The position numbers and the translations under genes were made by a program. DNA of 64,000 nt from Longimicrobiales bacterium (GTDB lineage Bacteria; Gemmatimonadota; Gemmatimonadetes; Longimicrobiales; Gaopeijiaceae): assembly GCA_965226375.1 (NCBI GenBank), contig CBDDCX010000008.1, positions 448,001 to 512,000 on the forward strand, in the 5' to 3' direction. The notes under the pieces are model-generated. The model saw only the letters and a program-made list of their open reading frames with translations. It was not told the DNA's origin and did no database searches. Positions 61,253-64,000 of the stretch are shown here, piece after piece; the first letter of the stretch is position 1, and each line of letters begins with the position of its first letter.

Positions 61253-62401
61253 TCATCGGATCCGCCTGTGCTCTCGCAGAATCTCGATCGTGCGCTCGAT
61301 GGGCAGCCCCTGCACCGTATTTCCGTCCCGCCCCGTCATGGTGCGTCCTGCGACCAGCGCGTTCACGATCGCCTCTTCCGTCGCCTGGACGGTGGCTTCG
61401 TAGTAAGGATTCAGCCGGGTGAGCACGGCGTTGAGTTCGTAGGTCGGCCCTCCACCATCCCGCCGAAGGCCCGTGCCGATGGCGAGCATGATGTCGCCTG
61501 AAGAGGTCTCTCCCTGCCCCCCAATACGTCCCACACCGAGCGCTGCCCGTTTCGCCAACTGATGGAGGGAGTTGGGGAGGAGCGGCGCGTCGGTGGCTAT
61601 GATCACGATGATGGACCCCTCTCGGTTCTCCGGGTCGGAGTCGGAGTCGCTCGTCGGCGGATTGCACCGCCCTCCGGTGCATCCAAGCTCCCGGCCCACT
61701 GGAACGCCGGCGATCGTAAGCTTGCGACGACCGCCGTGGTTGGCTTGCACCAGAACGCCCACCGTATACCCGTCTTCCAGGACTCGCGACGAAGTTCCGG
61801 TGCCGCACTTGAACCCGTGGCAGATCATCCCCGTCCCGCCGCCCACGCTCCCTTCCAGAACGGAGCCTCCGCTGGCACCGTCCATCGCCTGGAATACGTG
61901 CTCCTCCTTCACATGCTGGCCGCTGATGTCGTTCAGAGAACCGTCCCACGTCTCTGCGATCACGGGCAGATTGGAGACCCGTTGTCCGCGTACCACACCC
62001 CATCGGATCAGCGCCGCGTGGGCCGTGCCGACTGACAGCGTGTTGGTGATCAAGACCGGACCGGGAAGGAGCCAGCCGTGATCTTGAATGTAGATCGCTC
62101 CCGTCATCTCCCCGTTGCCATTCAGGGTGTACCAAGAGGCGAACGATCCCTCCTCGGAGTCGCTCCCCCTCGGCCAGATGGCGGTCACTCCGGTGCGCAC
62201 CGGGCCCTCACCGACCACGAGCGGTCCGTCACCCTCGATGATGGTCACCAGGCCCACCTCGAGACCGGGCACGTCCGTGATGGCGTTGAAGATTCCGGGC
62301 GTGCCCTCGAAGGGGATACCGAGATCGCGGGCGCGCAACTGGGCGTCGATGGGGACGGTCCACGCAAGTCCCAACACAACAAGAAAGACGCGCATCTTCA
62401 T
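61253..62401 (-). CDS. dmpA: P1/S58 family peptidase (second DmpA-like copy), secreted
   Basis: RARDLG, NGNGEMTG, VGGGTGM, GSIIVIIATDAP. Confidence 0.88.
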   Translation of the reverse strand: MKMRVFLVVLGLAWTVPIDAQLRARDLGIPFEGTPGIFNAITDVPGLEVGLVTIIEGDGPLVVGEGPVRTGVTAIWPRGSDSEEGSFASWYTLNGNGEMTGAIYIQDHGWLLPGPVLITNTLSVGTAHAALIRWGVVRGQRVSNLPVIAETWDGSLNDISGQHVKEEHVFQAMDGASGGSVLEGSVGGGTGMICHGFKCGTGTSSRVLEDGYTVGVLVQANHGGRRKLTIAGVPVGRELGCTGGRCNPPTSDSDSDPENREGSIIVIIATDAPLLPNSLHQLAKRAALGVGRIGGQGETSSGDIMLAIGTGLRRDGGGPTYELNAVLTRLNPYYEATVQATEEAIVNALVAGRTMTGRDGNTVQGLPIERTIEILREHRRIR

Positions 62402-62509
62402 CGTGACCCTCCTTGGGCGCTCTTGTCGATACTCTGGAAGCCAGGGGCTTACGGCTGTAGACGGCGAGCTTTCATGGTCCCGGTCTCAAGCAACACCGCG
62501 CTTCGCTGT

Positions 62510-63880
62510 CTACGAGATCGGCCGTTGTACGCCGTCGGGTCCGTTGTCCCAGTCCTGGGCGCTGGAGTTGTTCGGCACTCCCCAGTCCTCACCGTTCCAC
62601 CCCTCGAAGCCGTCCATTCTCAAGAGCCAGAATCCCGTGACTCCGTCACTGATGCCGATCAACCCATCGGCGTTTCTAACGTCCACACCCCACGCTCCCT
62701 GGTAGACCCCCCAGGTGTAGCTGCTGTTGGCCGGTCCCGGCCGTGTGTTGTGAGGACCGGGATAGGTATCGTAGTAACCGACCGTGTAAGGATTGGTTGG
62801 GTCCATCATGTTGAACACGGAGAGTCCCGTCTCGTATCCCGCCACGAACACGTAGGGCCAGCGCATCTCATGGTTGTGCGCCAGAGTCTTCCAGTCCGCC
62901 TGCCACGCTCCGATCGACCGCCGAATGGTGGGCACGTCCCCGTCCAGCCCGGGCTTCAGGTCGAAGATCCGCAGGGGTTGATACTGAAACTCGGTCTCGC
63001 CCACCGCGTAGAGTCCGTCGGGCGTGGGAGTGACCGTGTGTCCCCAGTTGATCCCCGATACACCGGTTACCGTGGTAATGAGTTCGGGCTCTTCGGGCCG
63101 CGTGACGTCGAAGAGGTAGTACCCGCCACCGCCGCCGCCGTAGAAGACGTCACGCTGGGTCGCGGGATCGAACCCGACATAGAAGTCGTGATATCCCTCG
63201 GAGAGGGCGCCCGGAGTCGGGGGCACGGGAACCCCGCCCAGATACCCCTGGTCCTCTTCGCCGGCGACGAACCGACCCATATCGTACATCTTCGCCAAGC
63301 GCCGATGCGTGGCGAAGAGGATCACGCGGCCGTCGGAGTGCTTGTAGACGAAGATGTTGTGGAAGCCACCACCGCCTTCGGGACGGACACGCCCGACCTC
63401 GGTGATGGTTTCAGGCAGGTCGGTGACGTCGAGAACGATGCCGCCCACGTCCGAGTCAGGACCACCTTGCCGGAATGAGACCGATTGGATGAAGTAGTAG
63501 CGGTCGTCGATCTTGAACTGCTTGCTGTCCATCGCCCCGCCCTGGTGGAGCTCCTGATTCTCGATCCTCCAGCGATGGATGATTTCGGCGTTGTCGGGAT
63601 CCTCGATGCTGATCACGTCGAACCCTTTTTCCTCGGTCCTGCGGGACACGTAGACGTACGGTCGAGACAACTCCTGCTCCATCTCGATGTCGCTGACGGT
63701 CAGGTACGCCCCGAGGGGGATGTGCGAGAGCACGTGAACGTTGGTGCTGCCGCGCATTCCGGGGGGGCGCTGCGCAGTTTCTGAAACGGCTTGCGCGGCC
63801 ACGCCTGCAGCCGAGAGAAGCACGGTCACCACCACCGCAAAGACGCCGCTCGAGGCCGAAGCCCGCTTCAATTTCCTCAT
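62510..63880 (-). CDS. Secreted LVIVD-repeat-type beta-propeller protein
   Basis: Signal peptide; blades ending V.D..DP; His motifs FHN, YHD, GHT, AHNH. Confidence 0.65.
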   Translation of the reverse strand: MRKLKRASASSGVFAVVVTVLLSAAGVAAQAVSETAQRPPGMRGSTNVHVLSHIPLGAYLTVSDIEMEQELSRPYVYVSRRTEEKGFDVISIEDPDNAEIIHRWRIENQELHQGGAMDSKQFKIDDRYYFIQSVSFRQGGPDSDVGGIVLDVTDLPETITEVGRVRPEGGGGFHNIFVYKHSDGRVILFATHRRLAKMYDMGRFVAGEEDQGYLGGVPVPPTPGALSEGYHDFYVGFDPATQRDVFYGGGGGGYYLFDVTRPEEPELITTVTGVSGINWGHTVTPTPDGLYAVGETEFQYQPLRIFDLKPGLDGDVPTIRRSIGAWQADWKTLAHNHEMRWPYVFVAGYETGLSVFNMMDPTNPYTVGYYDTYPGPHNTRPGPANSSYTWGVYQGAWGVDVRNADGLIGISDGVTGFWLLRMDGFEGWNGEDWGVPNNSSAQDWDNGPDGVQRPIS

Positions 63881-64000
63881 CACTGGAATCACCTCCGTAG
63901 ACAGCACACACCAGGTACCCGCACAACATGCTACCGGCTGATTGACGCCCGCAAGTAATGCCCTGTCCACTCTGGGTTCTGGTGGAACCGTCAGCACGCA

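Noticed and set aside
1727..63478. Many long antisense or alternate-frame ORFs (e.g. 1727-2857, 27248-28918, 36204-37388, 46005-47453, 55165-56577, 56562-58259, 62078-63478)
   Set aside because: Shadow ORFs of high-GC genes that lie opposite well-supported CDSs and carry no recognisable motifs.

Overview
GC-rich bacterial window; the gene content (PadR plus ADOP-type permease, many Tat/Sec-exported hydrolases) suggests Gemmatimonadota or Acidobacteriota, which is an inference. 0.2-13 kb: secreted peptide and D-amino-acid enzymes (M24 peptidase, circularly permuted Tat D-amino-acid oxidase, DmpA, cyclase, Tat alanine racemase), PadR/ADOP with a clear promoter-operator, and agmatinase. 13-23.6 kb: a pilin/HD-GYP/twin-lipoprotein operon, USP plus ArsB/NhaD-type permease, rsmD, MFS and other genes. 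23.7-37 kb: cstA, CC-star peptide, ArsA-like ATPase and TRAP dctQM, separated from dctP by an accessory patch holding an intact IS1595 element, a tRNA-Ile-like att remnant and an attC-like palindrome. 37.6-56.5 kb: a Wzx/Wzy-type polysaccharide locus joined to a radical SAM/SPASM enzyme, two cobalamin-dependent radical SAM paralogs, three methyltransferases, an HprK-like kinase and an NTP_transf_5 nucleotidyltransferase. This is the best candidate for an undescribed system, and it is visibly decaying. 56.5-64 kb: a multicopper oxidase lacking three trinuclear-site His ligands, a TPR protein, a glutamine synthetase-family ligase, a second DmpA and an LVIVD-type protein. No complete tRNA, rRNA or CRISPR array was seen. 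All family assignments are by motif recognition, not database search.
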